Below are positions 37,974 to 51,186 of a stretch of 64,000 nucleotides of DNA, one piece after another (position 1 is the first letter of the stretch; the number at the start of each line of letters is the position of its first letter). The notes under the pieces were generated by a model. The model ran no database searches. It had not been told where the DNA came from and saw only the letters and a program-made list of their open reading frames with translations. The DNA lies in assembly GCA_009103225.1 (NCBI GenBank), contig RHPI01001559.1, positions 4,274 to 68,273 on the forward strand, in the 5' to 3' direction. The position numbers were made by a program, and so were the translations under genes. Origin of the DNA: Chlorokybus atmophyticus. Taxonomy: Eukaryota > Plantae > Mesostigma and Chlorokybus algae.

Positions 37974-39788
37974 GGGTAAGTGTCGCATAGTTCGGACACC
38001 TAATCAAGGATAGGTTTTAAGCTATGATGCCTATATGCAATGTAGGGTTGTGATGGCTTGCTGTCAAGCTTGTCGTGTCTACTGTCTGACACATGTAACG
38101 GCATATTTTTAGCGTATCTACTACTCTTACAGCAGTCAGTGAAGTGGAAAGGTGTCTCTGAGTGGTCTCAAAAGGCTGATGGCCTAAGTTCGGACGGCTG
38201 AAAATGGCTGCTTTTCAGCCTGTTCTGGCGGTTTGCCGGCCTCTGACAGCCCTGAGTCTGTGTTGACGTGCTTTGCTGGCCATTTGTGGCCTGTGACGTG
38301 CCTCTCAACCTCGCCGCCATTGCCGCAGCGGTTGGTGGCGAGGTTGTTGTTGTTGTTGGCTGTCCGAATTTAGGCGTTGTGGTAGGCGCCCGCTACCTTG
38401 TTGCCTTCATAGCCGTCTTGTGGGGTCGAAGCGCTCGGCCCGCCAGTCTCGCCGCCACCATGGTGTGCCCTGCTGTCTCTGCTTGCGCCTGGGGTTGTCT
38501 GAAACCCTCAACCTGCCGTTGCCTGTGCCTTGCATGCACTCTGTGTGTGAAGCGTGTTTGTGTTGGTCATTGTGGTGATTGTCTCTTGTTGTGTGTGTCG
38601 TTGTGGTGGTTGTTTGTGTTGGTCTTCTTCTATGGTCTTCGGCTTCGGCTGTTGTCTTGTAGGGTGCATGCAAGGTCTTGCTGTTGTTGTGGTGGCCTTT
38701 TGTTGTTGTGTTGATGGTGGGTTTGTAAAGCTGCTGTTGACTGTGACTGTGCAGTGCAGTGCAGGTGTGCTAGCCACTGTGCTAGCCAGTCCTAACTGGA
38801 GTGCTGTGATGCCCTGGCCCAGGTGACCCCTGTACATAGTTTCTCTGGTAATGTACATCCCCACCCTCGTCATATTCTGGCCAATGCATGCATGCTGCAT
38901 TGCCAATTGTCTGTTTGCCAGACTGCACATTGGTCACATTCAGGGTGTGCATTGCATTCATGTGCCTTTGTGCATTGCTTTCACAACACAGCAGGTGCAT
39001 TCACATTATGGTTGTGCATTGCACTCATTGTGCATAGGCAAAGCACAAGTAGTGCATGGCAGCTATGTACATGGCAGTGTATGTCCGAATCCAATAGAAC
39101 TAGCGGAGACCTCGAGCTGCCTGCTTGAGGTGAAGCAAGGTTCGGGCTAGAGTTGTGTTAGCAATTGCAGCATCAACCACTGCATTGGCCTGCTGCATGT
39201 GTGTGGCTGTTGGGGACATGGACAGATATCGCGCGGGCTGCGGGCTGCATGTGGGGCTTGGCTGTGGTGTGAGGTTGCGCAGAGGGTCCCTTAGGTAGAT
39301 TGCATCTTGGGCCTGCGACGCCAAGTCGATGATGCAAGGCCTCGCGCCAGCAGGTGTGTTGATGTGGGTTGGACCTGCTCTTGCCACTGCTGCTTGCTGT
39401 GCTAACAGCTTGGCCTGCTTGGCAGCCTCCCTCTCTGCCTTGGCAGCATCCCTGTCTGCTTTGGCAGCTTCCTTCTCGATTCTCGCCTGCTGCTTCTGCC
39501 ATGCCAACACCTCTCGCTGGGCCGCCTTCTCCACACGGAGTGCTGCAGCCAACTCCTTCACCCTGGACGCATCCTGCTTCTTGTTGGCTGCCGCCAGCTT
39601 GCGTGCCTCAACAGCAGCCTTCTTCTCTGCAAGCTCAGCCTTCCTGGCTTGCAGGGCCTTGATGTATCCCTCTGATGTCAGGCACAGAGAGCCCTAGATC
39701 TATGGAGCCTTGGTCTTCTTTTGTTGCTAAGCAGAAGGTCCTGCCTGATTCTGCATGACACCGAAGTTGATGTTGGTGGTGTTGGCAC

Positions 39789-39822
<34 letters not shown>

Positions 39823-42554
39823 GTCCGTGTTGATGTTGAAGTTGTTGTTGTTGGTGGTGATGTTGACATTGTTGTGGTTGACAATGTTTGGCATCGCAGG
39901 CTCTGGAGGCTCGTTCTCCTTGTCGGTGGTGCCATCCTCATCTTCTGTGGCATCGGAGTCAGCCTCCTCGTCAAAAGGCACAGGCACTCCTTGGCCATCT
40001 AACACTGGGCCACCAAACTCATGCTGCACTTGTGCGTGCGCCAAGTCAGGTGTGATGTCCTCCGCTGCTGGTTTCTCAAGCTGTGGCAACTTGTCATCGA
40101 AGGCATGCGTGTTGACCGGCCATAGGCCTGCATAACACACAATGGGTGAGATGGGCCATGTATGCCACATATGCCTGCGTAACACACACAATGCATACGC
40201 GATTGCATGCTGCCCTACCTGTCTTCTTAAAGCCACTGATGATGTTGGCAGGTGTCATGGCGAGGTAAAAAGGCTTTGCCGTTAGCTTAACGAACTTCAG
40301 CTTGGTGATTGGGCAGGTGGGATCCTCGACTCGCCACTTGAGGAACTCTAATCGGTAGTGCTGCTTGAGCGATCTCAAACAGCTCACATCCAGTACCTAA
40401 CAGGTAACGGAAACAGCACCATGAGCATACAACCACTCGTCCACCTTGCATGCCAACTCTCATGCATTGCACCACCCACTTACCTGCATCAGGTGTGTCA
40501 TATGCGCTGGGAAAGTGAGCATGGTGACCCCGTTGTCCCGCGCCATCTCCAGCAACTCAGGATTCATGCGTGATGAATGCCCGTCCAGCAGCAGAAAAAC
40601 AGGCCTGTTGATGCTGGCGCCACCAGGTATATGTTCCAAGAACCTTTTGAACCAGTCAACAAACAGCTCGATTGTCATGTATGCATTCTCTTGCATACGC
40701 ATGAAGGCACCTAATGGGGCAGCCTGAACATAGTTCTCAGTGAAGCGTGCCCCCTTGAGGATGTACATGGGAGGCATCCAGTTGCCAGCAGCGCTCACGG
40801 ACGCCATCACACTCATGTGTTCGCGACTGCCAACCTGGTTGTAATAGGGGTTTTTGTACCCCTTCTTACATATCACCTTGACAGTTCCTACCACACATGT
40901 TATTGTCATCACCACCATACTAACACTAACAGCAACCAGTGTGTGTGTGCAGGCCATACCAAGATTATCTGGCTCAAAGCCAGTCTCGTCCGCATTAAAG
41001 ATGCGTGAGGGATCATCACTGCCCAACTCCTCCAGAGTCCTGACGTATAAGTCGAAGAAACCCTCCACATTCTCCCTTGTGCAAGCTTGCCACCTCCTCC
41101 TATTAAGACCCTCAGCAACCCTGGATGCCAACTGGTGTCTAGTCATGAGCAAGCGCAGCCACTTGTAGCCAGGGCAGCCAGCGACACCAAACCTCTTCAG
41201 CCGCTCCTTGGGATCACCCTTCAGCATATTTACAACCTGTGGCCACCACATCCAGGTGAGACACACACCCACTGCACATACTAGCACACCAGCATTTACA
41301 CACACACTCGCACTTACACACACGCACACGCAGACACACACACACACACACAAACACTTGCACACACACACACACACACAAACACTTGCACACACACACG
41401 CACACACACACTGCACCTTCTGGAACAGGGCTGGGCGGGTAACACCAAATTGGTGGTCAGCACACCAGTTGATCCACCTCACGAGCTCCGTCTCTTCTGC
41501 ATCAGTCATCACTGGTGGACGCCCACTAGAAGTGCGAAGCTGCAGCTTCTCAGGAAAGTGCACGTAGTCATAAAGGGTGGACTTCGCTACACCATGGGTG
41601 GCAGCAGATATCTTAAGCCCCATCCCAGCCTTGACATCATCAACAGCAACTGCCATCTTCAAAAGATGGCTCTGGCCCCTCGCCCCCCAGTTAATGTAAC
41701 GCATACCCTTGCGCCTGGTTGTGCCCAAGCAGCTGCGCAGAGCTGCTTTGCTGCGCCCCCTGAAGCATTTACCAGGGCCAGGGGCTGAGCGTGTACTGCA
41801 TGGTCTCTTGCTGCCAACTGCTGGAGTAGTCTCCTGCAGCAAGCACACAGTTAGACGCAGTGCAGCAGCAGTCACAACACACACACTTGTATAGCAACAA
41901 CCCTCCACGTTAGGCTGAGCACCACTGCCTCACCTCATCTCCTTGTGTGCTCTGTGTGTTTTGACTTGCATGCGTTCCAGGTGTGCCTTTTGTGTGCACC
42001 ATGTCTGCCTCCCTCCCTGCCCAGCACACAGCCACCCCCCACCTTGCAACCCAAACACATCGCCCAACGCTTGCACAACCACCGCCAGCACACACCACCC
42101 TCACCAACACACTGATGCCCACAATTGCAAACAGCCAACTTGAATGTGTGCAAAACTGCCACTTTTCACACCTGCACATCTCCCGCCACAACTTTCAAAT
42201 GGCTACGTTGTTAGACAAACCCTTCTAGGGGCGTTAACTTGGTAACAAAGGCTTTATTAGAGCTATCGAGCGCCACCATTGGCCCACCACAACGCTATCC
42301 TTAAGACTTCAACCCCCCCTTCAACTGACCAGTGTTGCAATCCTTAAATCAATATAGTCAACTGACTGTATTCGCGCCAATACTGATGCAATGAGGCTGA
42401 AACTTGCTAGAGGCACGGAATTGGCTGTTACCTACACGCAAAACTAACAACCACCTCATTTGACAGCCAATTACGTCTTACACACCGTGATGAGTGCCTC
42501 CAGCTACACTTTGTCCGAACTTAGGATACTGTCCGAACTTAGTACCACTTACCC
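37974..42554 (-). mobile_element. Fot-like pogo (Tc1/mariner superfamily) DNA transposon, 4581 bp
   Basis: TA target duplication at 37972-37973 and 42555-42556. Imperfect 25-bp TIRs GGGTAAGTG......AGTTCGGACA (20/25 match). Subterminal CCTAAGTTCGGAC repeats at about 38183 and 42512. Confidence 0.9.
39100..42002 (-). pseudogene. Intron-containing pogo transposase (HTH_psq, CENP-B HTH, DD35D), with premature stops in the C-terminal part
   Basis: GVAKSTLYDYV; GRPPVMTDAEETELVRW; RIFNADETG; LLLDGHSSR; after splicing HLMQVLDVS (35 residues between 2nd and 3rd Asp); GFKKTG|LWP. Three in-frame TAGs lie at 39694-39729. Introns include 41237-41416, which carries an (AC)n tract, and 40888-40959. Confidence 0.85.
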
Positions 42555-44247
42555 TACACCAATCGGTGTCCAAAAGTATTACGGCACCTTCAGCGGCCGC
42601 GTTACGCACATCGCGGCCGTTAATACAAGCAATCTGTTCATTTTAGCAACGTGACACGCGCGTGAGAAGTGACTTTTGATTTGTCGTGTACCTCGCGCTA
42701 CACTAACGCCTCCCATCAGAACCACCTCGTACGCAACAGTAAGACCCTGTACTAATCGGTGTACACTTGATAAACGGCAATTTCGGCGGCCGCGTGACTC
42801 GCGTTTAGCCGTTGATACAGTTAAACTGTTGATACAATTGACATGACGCGCGTGACAAGTCACGCTACCGCATGACTTCTGATTTGTTGGTAGCCTTATT
42901 TGGCGCCATGTTAACCCCATAAATTTATGTACATAGAGTTATTGATATAAGTATATGTGTGTATAAATAAGCATATGCATGATTTTAAATTTGCATACAT
43001 ATGCGTATATAAATATACATACACATATGGTACATTAATACATGTGTATGTATATGCATATGTACATGTACACATACATATAAATTTTAAAAAATACAAT
43101 ACATACACATGCATATAAGGACATCTCAATTGCCATGCGCATACCGTGCTCGTTTTGTGCAACTATTGCGTGTACTCGCCTATGTTTGAGAGATTTCCAA
43201 TTATGCAGGTGTACTTCTAACGGCTCAGATGCATTCACTGTGGATCCAATGGTAGCAAACTATCACTCGCGCGTCGTTTCAAGCCAACTGACAAGGGTTA
43301 AACGGCAGTCAAAGCGTTGCAGGCTTCCAACGGTGACGCGATGCCGTTCACGTTAGTAGCAGGGGCCAAGGCTTCCAACGGAACGAGCGTAGTCACCATC
43401 ATCTTCTGGTTCGCCAACTGCGCCCAGCGTCATGCACCGCCCCCGAAAAGGGAATCATAAGTTGCACCGTCAACCTAGCCACCGTGGCTACCGTGCAAAA
43501 TGACGGGAACGAACACAGTGCAACGCGACAGGCAGCATACCCGTCCACCATGTACGGGAAATGCCAAGCCGGGCAAACGATCAAAACAGGCCCTACAAAG
43601 CCCCTACAAAGCCCCTCCACTGTTCTTTCTCAGAGAGGCTACGTACGTGCTTTCCCGCCGAAGGCACGCCGAGGACTGGGTTGAGGATCGCGGTGTGCAG
43701 TTTTGCACACCGCGATCTTGGCACACGCACAGAGCCTCTGTGACAGAGGCCGAGCCGCGTGCGTAACGCCTATGTGGCTGGCTATCAGCCCCTTGCGTCA
43801 CGTCAGACGACGGATCGGTCACGCTTCGTGCGATGCAACTTTCCCACATGTTACGGCGTGTAGCGTGACGCTGGTGGCCAAGCGTTACAGTTTGAAGCTG
43901 CTGTGTGCTCTGTGAGAGCGCTACTCACGCGTCGGCATCGTTCAGACTTGTTGTTGTTGTTGTCGTCGTCGGGGGTGGTGGCAACATTGGTGGCGGTGTG
44001 GGTGTAGTAGAGCTGAAGCAGCCGTGCACTTGTCGATTTGGTTATTGGTCAGAGGTGTAGCTGCGGTGTGCATGTTTGGTGGGTTGGCGCAGGCTTGAGG
44101 TTGTGTGACGAGGAAGCAGCCCAGTTTGGGGCGGCGTCGGCATGGCCATACTGTTGCCCTCCCGGTGACGCTGGTGGTTGCTGGAGCAATTTGCTACCAG
44201 TACTGAGGCAGCGGCTGGGTGCAAGCAGCTGCGGTTGACGCCGGATC

Positions 44248-47200
44248 ATGGCGGGCTCCTGCGGAGCGGAGAAGAGTTATCTGGAGGTGTGTGCTTCCTT
44301 GCACATGCCAGTCAGCTGGCGTGGGAGCTAGCTGTCTGAATGCTGCTCAAAGCGTAGCCTTTATACCTGTCAAACATGCAAAAAATACCAGTTAGTCAGT
44401 GCAAGCATGGGTTGGCATGTGTGTATGCAGAGCAATTACGCCGTGCAGTTGACTGCGATAGCGGAAGTGTCAGCGTTGGGATAGGCTTTACCTGTGGGTC
44501 AACCAACTGACCTATGAGTTCATCATCAAGTCGGTCGTAGACTACAGGCATCCAATCGGTCGGCTGTAGTTGTGTGCGCCGCATCCGCATTGCACTGCCA
44601 GATCTTAGTCAGATCATGCATGCATAGCACTCTTGCACAATGTTGTAGCTGATGATTTGTCACAACTGCAGACTCCAACGTACTACACAGCAGCCCTGTT
44701 TGCCTTCTTCTTGGGAGTATCGTTGATTCTAGAAAGGGCGTTGGAGCATGCCGACAAGGTGAGCACTTGATTTGCTTGTTCTTCACAACAGAAACCCTGG
44801 CGGTGTCAGCTGTCAGCAGTTGCCAGGAACTGTGCATGCTGACATGCTTACAACTTGGCAATGCAGTACTTGAAACGGAATAAGCTGAAAGGGTTGCGGA
44901 GTGCATTGCGCAAGATGCGGAATGGTATGCGCATCGTTGCTTTTACGCAACGACATTGGCATGTATGCTTGTTTAGCTATCTCAAGGAGAGTATTGTCCA
45001 TGACAGAGTTGATGTTGGTTGGGTTCATATCGCTGCTGCTGGCTGCATCCCAACAACAACTTGAAAAGATTTGCGTCAGTGAGAGTAGCCTGGACAATTG
45101 GACGCCGTGTTCCTCAACATACAAGGTCGCACCTGATGTGGAAGCATCTGGAGCCCCGGTTGGCTCAGGCGAACGCCGCCTTCTGGCGACAGTACCAGAC
45201 GAGGTTTCATCCCTTAAATGCAGTGCGGTACGTGCAAACATTGCTTGTATAGTGCGTAGTATCATGATCAAGCATAGGTTTATACATCCTTTCTACTCGT
45301 CATTAGTGTGCTGGTCACTTGGGACCCCCACAGTGGTGGTGGGTGTAGTGGTAATAGCCTTGTAAGGCCTGCGCAGACTCCCTGCTTCCATTCTTATTGT
45401 TTGATGGCTTGATGTTGGAGACTATCATTACTGTTGCGGTGATGCTGATGGGGTTGCTTGTGCTCAGGGAAAAGGACAGATGTGGTCGACAACACTTCAG
45501 CACCAGGCGCACATCTTCATTTTCCTCATCGCAGTTGTGCATATTCTGTATTCCTGCATCACCATGATCATCTCTGTGTATAAGGTGTGTAACAACAGGC
45601 ACACCAGTTGACACGTAGACGATGCGCATAGCCTACTATTCCTCTAATCACCTGTTGTATTGCCATTACTGCCTGCAGGTGCGGCAGTGGATGAAATGGG
45701 AACACATTGCCACTGAGAGTGAGAAGAATGAGGATGATGAGCATGAGGGCTCGGATGATGAGGCACGGCGAGCGCATGTTGCCCAAAAGTGGGGTGGCGA
45801 GCACTTTTCCGTGTTCCGGCCCATCACACCTCTCATCTTGCAGTTTGTCAAGTCCTTCACCATGCACGACTACCTGCACCTGCGAAGGGAGTTCTGCAGG
45901 GTGAGCTTTTGTTGTCACAACATCAAGTCTTATGCAGTGCATGCATTCGCAGATCCAGTGTTGTTGCTTTTGTAGGTGTGGTGAAGCGAAAGTAGAGCTT
46001 GCAACTGCTGTTGATGCAAAGTTGCAATGCAGATGCACGTGCCGGGTAGCAAGTTTAAGTTCCACCGATATTTGATGCGCTCAGTGGAAAATGACTTTGC
46101 TCGGATTGTTGGTGTGAGCGTATCACTTTGGATGGTTACTATCATATATGTTCTCCTGGACGCTGTGTGGCAAGTCTCCAAGTTCATCCAGGCTTTTGTC
46201 CCGCTTGCGGTAAGCCTACACTTGTCGTTGGGTCCATGAGAAGTCATCACTCCTAATCAATATGCTTACTTCTTGATGTTTACAAAGCTAACTTGTGACT
46301 GCTGTTGTCCAGCTTACAATAGTGGTTGGGTGGAAGCTATCTCACATTGTACAACAGCTGGCTGTTGACGCTCCGCACGACAGTTCCAACGAAGAGTTAA
46401 TGAAAAGGCGCGATCAGCTGTTTTGGTTTCAAAAACCCAAACTGCTTCTGCACATCATGGAGTTCATCATCTTCCAGGTACATACTCACCGGCTGTTACT
46501 TGAAACGCTGCAAGCACGCAGGCTTGTGCATGGGGTTCCAGAGAAACACCTTTTAGCCCATTTTAGCATGTGCTCATACAAACACTCATTCAGCCGGCAC
46601 ATTGGACAGTTGTATTTGGTGTGGGCAAGATGTTGTTCCGCTTCTCATGAATGTTTGCTGCGTGGTGCAGAATGCCTATCAGGTGGCGAACATACTCTTT
46701 GACTTGTGGCAGCTGGGAGCTTCAAGCTGTCTCTTCCACCCAATGACACAGACCATTGTTCAGTCCATTGTGAGCGTCGTGCTCCTCATTTATGTCGCGC
46801 TGCGGCTGCTGCCCGTGTACACCATGGTGGTGTCCATGGGCTCCAATTACAACAAGGCCATTTTCTCTGACCACGTGCATGAGAAATTAATGAACTGGGC
46901 CCACAAGAACAAGAAAGCCCCTGCCAAGAATAAGTTGTCCGAGTGGAAAGAAAAGCTGCCGAATATTCCGATCCCAAACCCACTCAATCTCATCCAGGCC
47001 AAGAGTCCCATGTCCCACAATGGAGATGCGGAAAGTGTGGCATCATCGCCTGGCGTGCGCCATTCACGCTCCACTACCGACTTGACAAAAATGCCGCACA
47101 GCGCCAGTGACAGCAACCTTGTCAGTCACGAAGACATGTTGGACGGGCCCCTGCGTGGCATCCACCATGGCAATGGCCACGTGCACAGACATCCACATGT

Positions 47201-47369
47201 GCACATGCACAAGGTGGGCGGCGCTGTTGTTCGTAATCCTGCGCAGCCTAATGGCCACCATGCCAGCACTCCGCTGCACCCGGGTGATGTGTCGCCCGCA
47301 GCGCTCCCGGTTGAGCACCCTGCAGATGCTTCACATGAAGCCGATAACACAACTCTAAGGGATACATAG
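44248..47369 (+). CDS. MLO: MLO-family seven-transmembrane protein; multi-exon
   Basis: YLETPTYY, ELMLVGFISLLL, HQAHIFIFLIAVVHILY, FKFHRYLMRSVENDFARIVGVS..LW, RDQLFWFQKPKLLL.IMEFIIFQNAYQ, PVYTMVVSMGSNYNKAIF, and CaM-binding-like LMNWAHKNKK; stop TAG at 47367-47369. Confidence 0.93.
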
Positions 47370-47552
47370 TAGAAGGTACATGGTTGCTGGTTTTGTGCGT
47401 GTTGTATAGGTCAATGTGCATGGTTGGTGACCGCACGCCACGCTCTGTTAATAACTTTAAGCATCTGTTGCTAACGTATTGACGCAATTGGCGAACCCAG
47501 ACAACCATTTGCCATCATAAAGTTGCCACACGTGATTGTGCAGCCGTTGTCT

Positions 47553-47557
47553 TGTAA
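47553..47557 (+). terminator. Candidate polyadenylation signal TGTAA for MLO
   Basis: TGTAA about 185 nt after the stop codon. Confidence 0.4.
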
Positions 47558-49647
47558 CTATATACATGAAACAGCATTGACCCAGGAATGTTGGGATGGG
47601 CTTGTTGAATTAACATATGCTATTGCGTTGATATTTCGCCGATGTGATAGGCTAATATAGTTACCTTGCGTAATTATCTCGTCTCCGCTTGCTTGCTAAT
47701 ATCTAAGCAATGCAACAACCTTAATGCATGTGATAGTATATAGGCCGAACTCTAGCATATACCGTTTAAACATATGTGCACGCACATAAGATGGTGGATG
47801 GTAGTTAAGGTGTAAAGCTATACCCATGAGGCATGTTGCACAAGCATCCCAGGCTTGCTAGCTTGTGCTTGATTGATTGCTCAGCTAACTTGCATGATCT
47901 TTGATGTCATATACATGCATGGGTGCAATGCTGCGTGTATGCTATGTCGTTTCGCATTGTATTTAAAGGGTTAGGCAATGACGATTGACCAAAAGACAAG
48001 TTGGCAGGGCGAGTTTAACAGAAAAACGTGGCTTGATGGTTGCACACATGTTAGCATTGGATGAGTATGATGTAATATAGGGTGTAGATCGTGGTATGTG
48101 ATGCGAAAACATGCGTGCACAGGCAATGATGCATATCAGGGCAAGCACAGCATGCACAACAAGCAGAGGCAATTAATATTACATTGTAAGTTGGTGGCAC
48201 TTAGGGCCACCTATTCGCTACTCAAAGTGCTGCTATGTGGTATGGTGATTGCGACAAAGCATGTCATTTATGTGAGCGATGCACCTCTTGCATGTGTGCA
48301 ATACCAGTTGATACTTGTGACAATCTGGGGGATTGTCACATATCATGACACACACATCACGCAGAGCACCGCGTAAGATGCAAGTCCACAATGCGATTAA
48401 AAGAGGACTGGGTATGCGACAATTATAATCACGCCTTCATACCTATATGAATAAGTTAATTGCAATGCATTTGCATTGAATTTGATAATTGATATAGCAT
48501 GATGCAGCTAGCGAAGTATCGTGGTAGCTACAATACTTCACAAGCAGCATCCTGCTCACGTGTGCGGCATAAATTATAGTTGAAGAGTTATTAAGGTGCG
48601 CGGAAACTCTTGCACACCCGGTTTTGTGTGACACACACGCATGTCATATGACATGGCCCGGGGTCAGCCGCTTAAACACAAACATGTGATGCTATGCAAC
48701 AGATACGGTATGGGACAAAAATATGTAATATGCCTCCACCCATGACAGCGATTGTTGCTATCACGGCTGACAAGGTAATTGCCCCTTTTGTTGTATTAAA
48801 TGTGGCTCTGCCGCATTGATTTGTGCTATGTAACTTGAGTTGAGACGACACTTATAAACTTGCAATTGTTAACACATAACTAGCTGATGCGAGGCAAACA
48901 CGCAGGTTTGCAAGGGGGCACAACCACACTACGCGCGGCGAAGTACTCAAAGAGGATCCTAGAGGTTATAATCATAGGAATGGCATGCGGACGGTGCGTT
49001 AGCCTTATTGTTCAACAATCAGCTATGGCCATACCCACAACACAACTCTTGATAGTAGCAGACACTTAACGGGGTTACACTTAAACATCAGTATTGAAGT
49101 GTTTAATGTGATTGATTTAACCTCCATGTTAAAAGTTATTAGAGAATATGAGGAAAGCAAATTGGTCACATTACTCACGGTCTAAAAGCGCTTATTTTCG
49201 TAATGTTACAGTCAAGTTATAAAAATATATATTAAATGCATGCAAGTGTGTACAAGATGCTCAATTATATGCGTTGAATGTATACGATGTATGCATCGAT
49301 GCTGTATATGGCATAAGCATGACACGTGCGTCAACCACATTGCAGAGGAGGCGTTCATATTCACAATTGGGTTAAAATACTCAGCTACAACTTGCTTACG
49401 TTCAACGTGCAACGGCGGCACTATTGCCTCTCAACCTCGTTACACATACACGCATGCTCAGTTACCCACAGGGCTCGTGCATAAAGTTGAAGTATGCCAA
49501 TCGCGATGCCGTGCAGATTTGAACACGCGGCGCACCTTGACCATGTGTCCATGTTGTATAGACAATATAAGAGCCAACATGTGCGTGCATATGCATGCAT
49601 ACATGCTGGCATGATGGTGATTGCGATGTGCCGTGCGTGCTGTACGG

Positions 49648-49650
<3 letters not shown>

Positions 49651-49716
<66 letters not shown>
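49651..49716. repeat. (GA)n microsatellite
   Basis: Pure GA run. Confidence 0.95.
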
Positions 49717-49720
<4 letters not shown>

Positions 49721-50129
49721 GGCGAGATGTGACATCGTTGTGTGATATCAAGGGCTCCCCACTGGGTTGCATCATGCAAGAAGACACATCACCAACAAAC
49801 ATTAGCCAGGCAAGCACATACGTAAGCCAACCTATGACAACAATGTAGTCAATAAAGCTACTTATATGCGGTATGGAAAATGATGCAGTTTGCTGCTGCT
49901 CAACAAGTGGACAAGCGCAAAAGTAAGCAAGAACGAATGCACACTGTGGCACCTTCAATGTAATGTAATTAAGGGTACATGCAACAACAAGCGGACCACA
50001 TCATTTCATTGAATCATAGTCAAAGACGCTGGTGCCGGCGTGAGGGCAGGCGTGGTGAGTGTATAAGAGATAGCATGCTAAATGAGTAGCATGCATGGTG
50101 TCAAGCGCATGCATGTCATGCCAGCACCC

Positions 50130-50700
50130 AACACACAGCACATGCAGTCTTCGCCAACGGTTACTCACCAACGGGTCGTCCTAATGCTACCTAACATAAA
50201 CCCTAAACCCTACCCCGATAGTCACACCAGCATGCATGTTGTTGGTAATCCATCACCTGCACGCCGGCATGTGCTGCGCGCTAGCGGAACACGTGAGTGG
50301 GTATCAGTAGCTCTGCGTGTGGGTAACCGAAGCTGGCGCGTGGCTGTGGTTTGCTTGCCGTGAGTGCGTACGAGATGCTAGATCACATGCTGAAGACTTG
50401 TTACATGCGCACTCAATTGCTGAACATGCACACTTGCATGCACAGCAGCAGCCAACCACAGCCATCATCTCATTGCAATCACCACCGCCAGGCTATATGC
50501 TCTGACTGCTCAACTTCATGCATGCGTAGCCCCTTGGCAACACTAGGTCACTGATATACCCGCGTCACCGTCCGTAGCGTCGGCGCAGACCAACTTTCAC
50601 GACGACACAACTCCCCCCGCCGCCGCTCTCAAACCCTCCGTCGACCACCAATGCCGTGCATGCGGGTGTTGTAGAAAGTGTGAGTTTGGAGGTCATCACG
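50130..50700 (+). repeat. Highly degenerate fragments related to the ~760-bp repeat family
   Basis: Retains CACC..CGGG, CTACCTAAC, CCCCG.TAG, ATCACCTGCAC and AACTCCCCC blocks; CAACCGCCAGGCTATATGC is shared with 28100-28125. Confidence 0.4.
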
Positions 50701-51186
50701 AATGCGGCGCATGGTGACCATACAAGACAAATACAAAGGCTTTCTAAGCATATCACATACACAAGCCACAGCACTCATGCACATGCACCGCAGCGGCAGC
50801 ACTTCAACGAAGGTAGGGGCAAGACCTAAGCCTGTCTATGTGCACTAGCCAATGCGTGCAGTGATATGAAGGGGAGGCAGACAGGCAGCATACATCTGTG
50901 TGCAGATAGCGGGTAGGAAGTAAGCATACACAGCTGCGTTTTGTCAATGCATTTGCTTATGTGGATGCACATAGCGAAATGCTGACTAGATAACTCACTC
51001 TGTATATAAATTCTAAATGACTTCAAGACATGCTCGAGCCACATTGTGCAAGCATCAATTACTCCGTAGAATAATGTGCAATGCGCAACAACAGTACAAG
51101 TGATGCGACGCGGCATAATACAATAGTGTGCATACAAAACAGCGAGCAGCGTGCGGGTGAGTGCAACTGTACATGTGTGCAGCGTT

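Noticed and set aside
40460-41908. Single-exon 482-aa transposase as given in the ORF track
   Set aside because: The ORF reads through stop-free introns whose lengths are multiples of three (the VCVC tract is an intronic microsatellite).
50198-50213. Telomere-like AAACCCTAAACCCTA
   Set aside because: Only two units inside a degenerate repeat; no evidence for a chromosome end or healing site.
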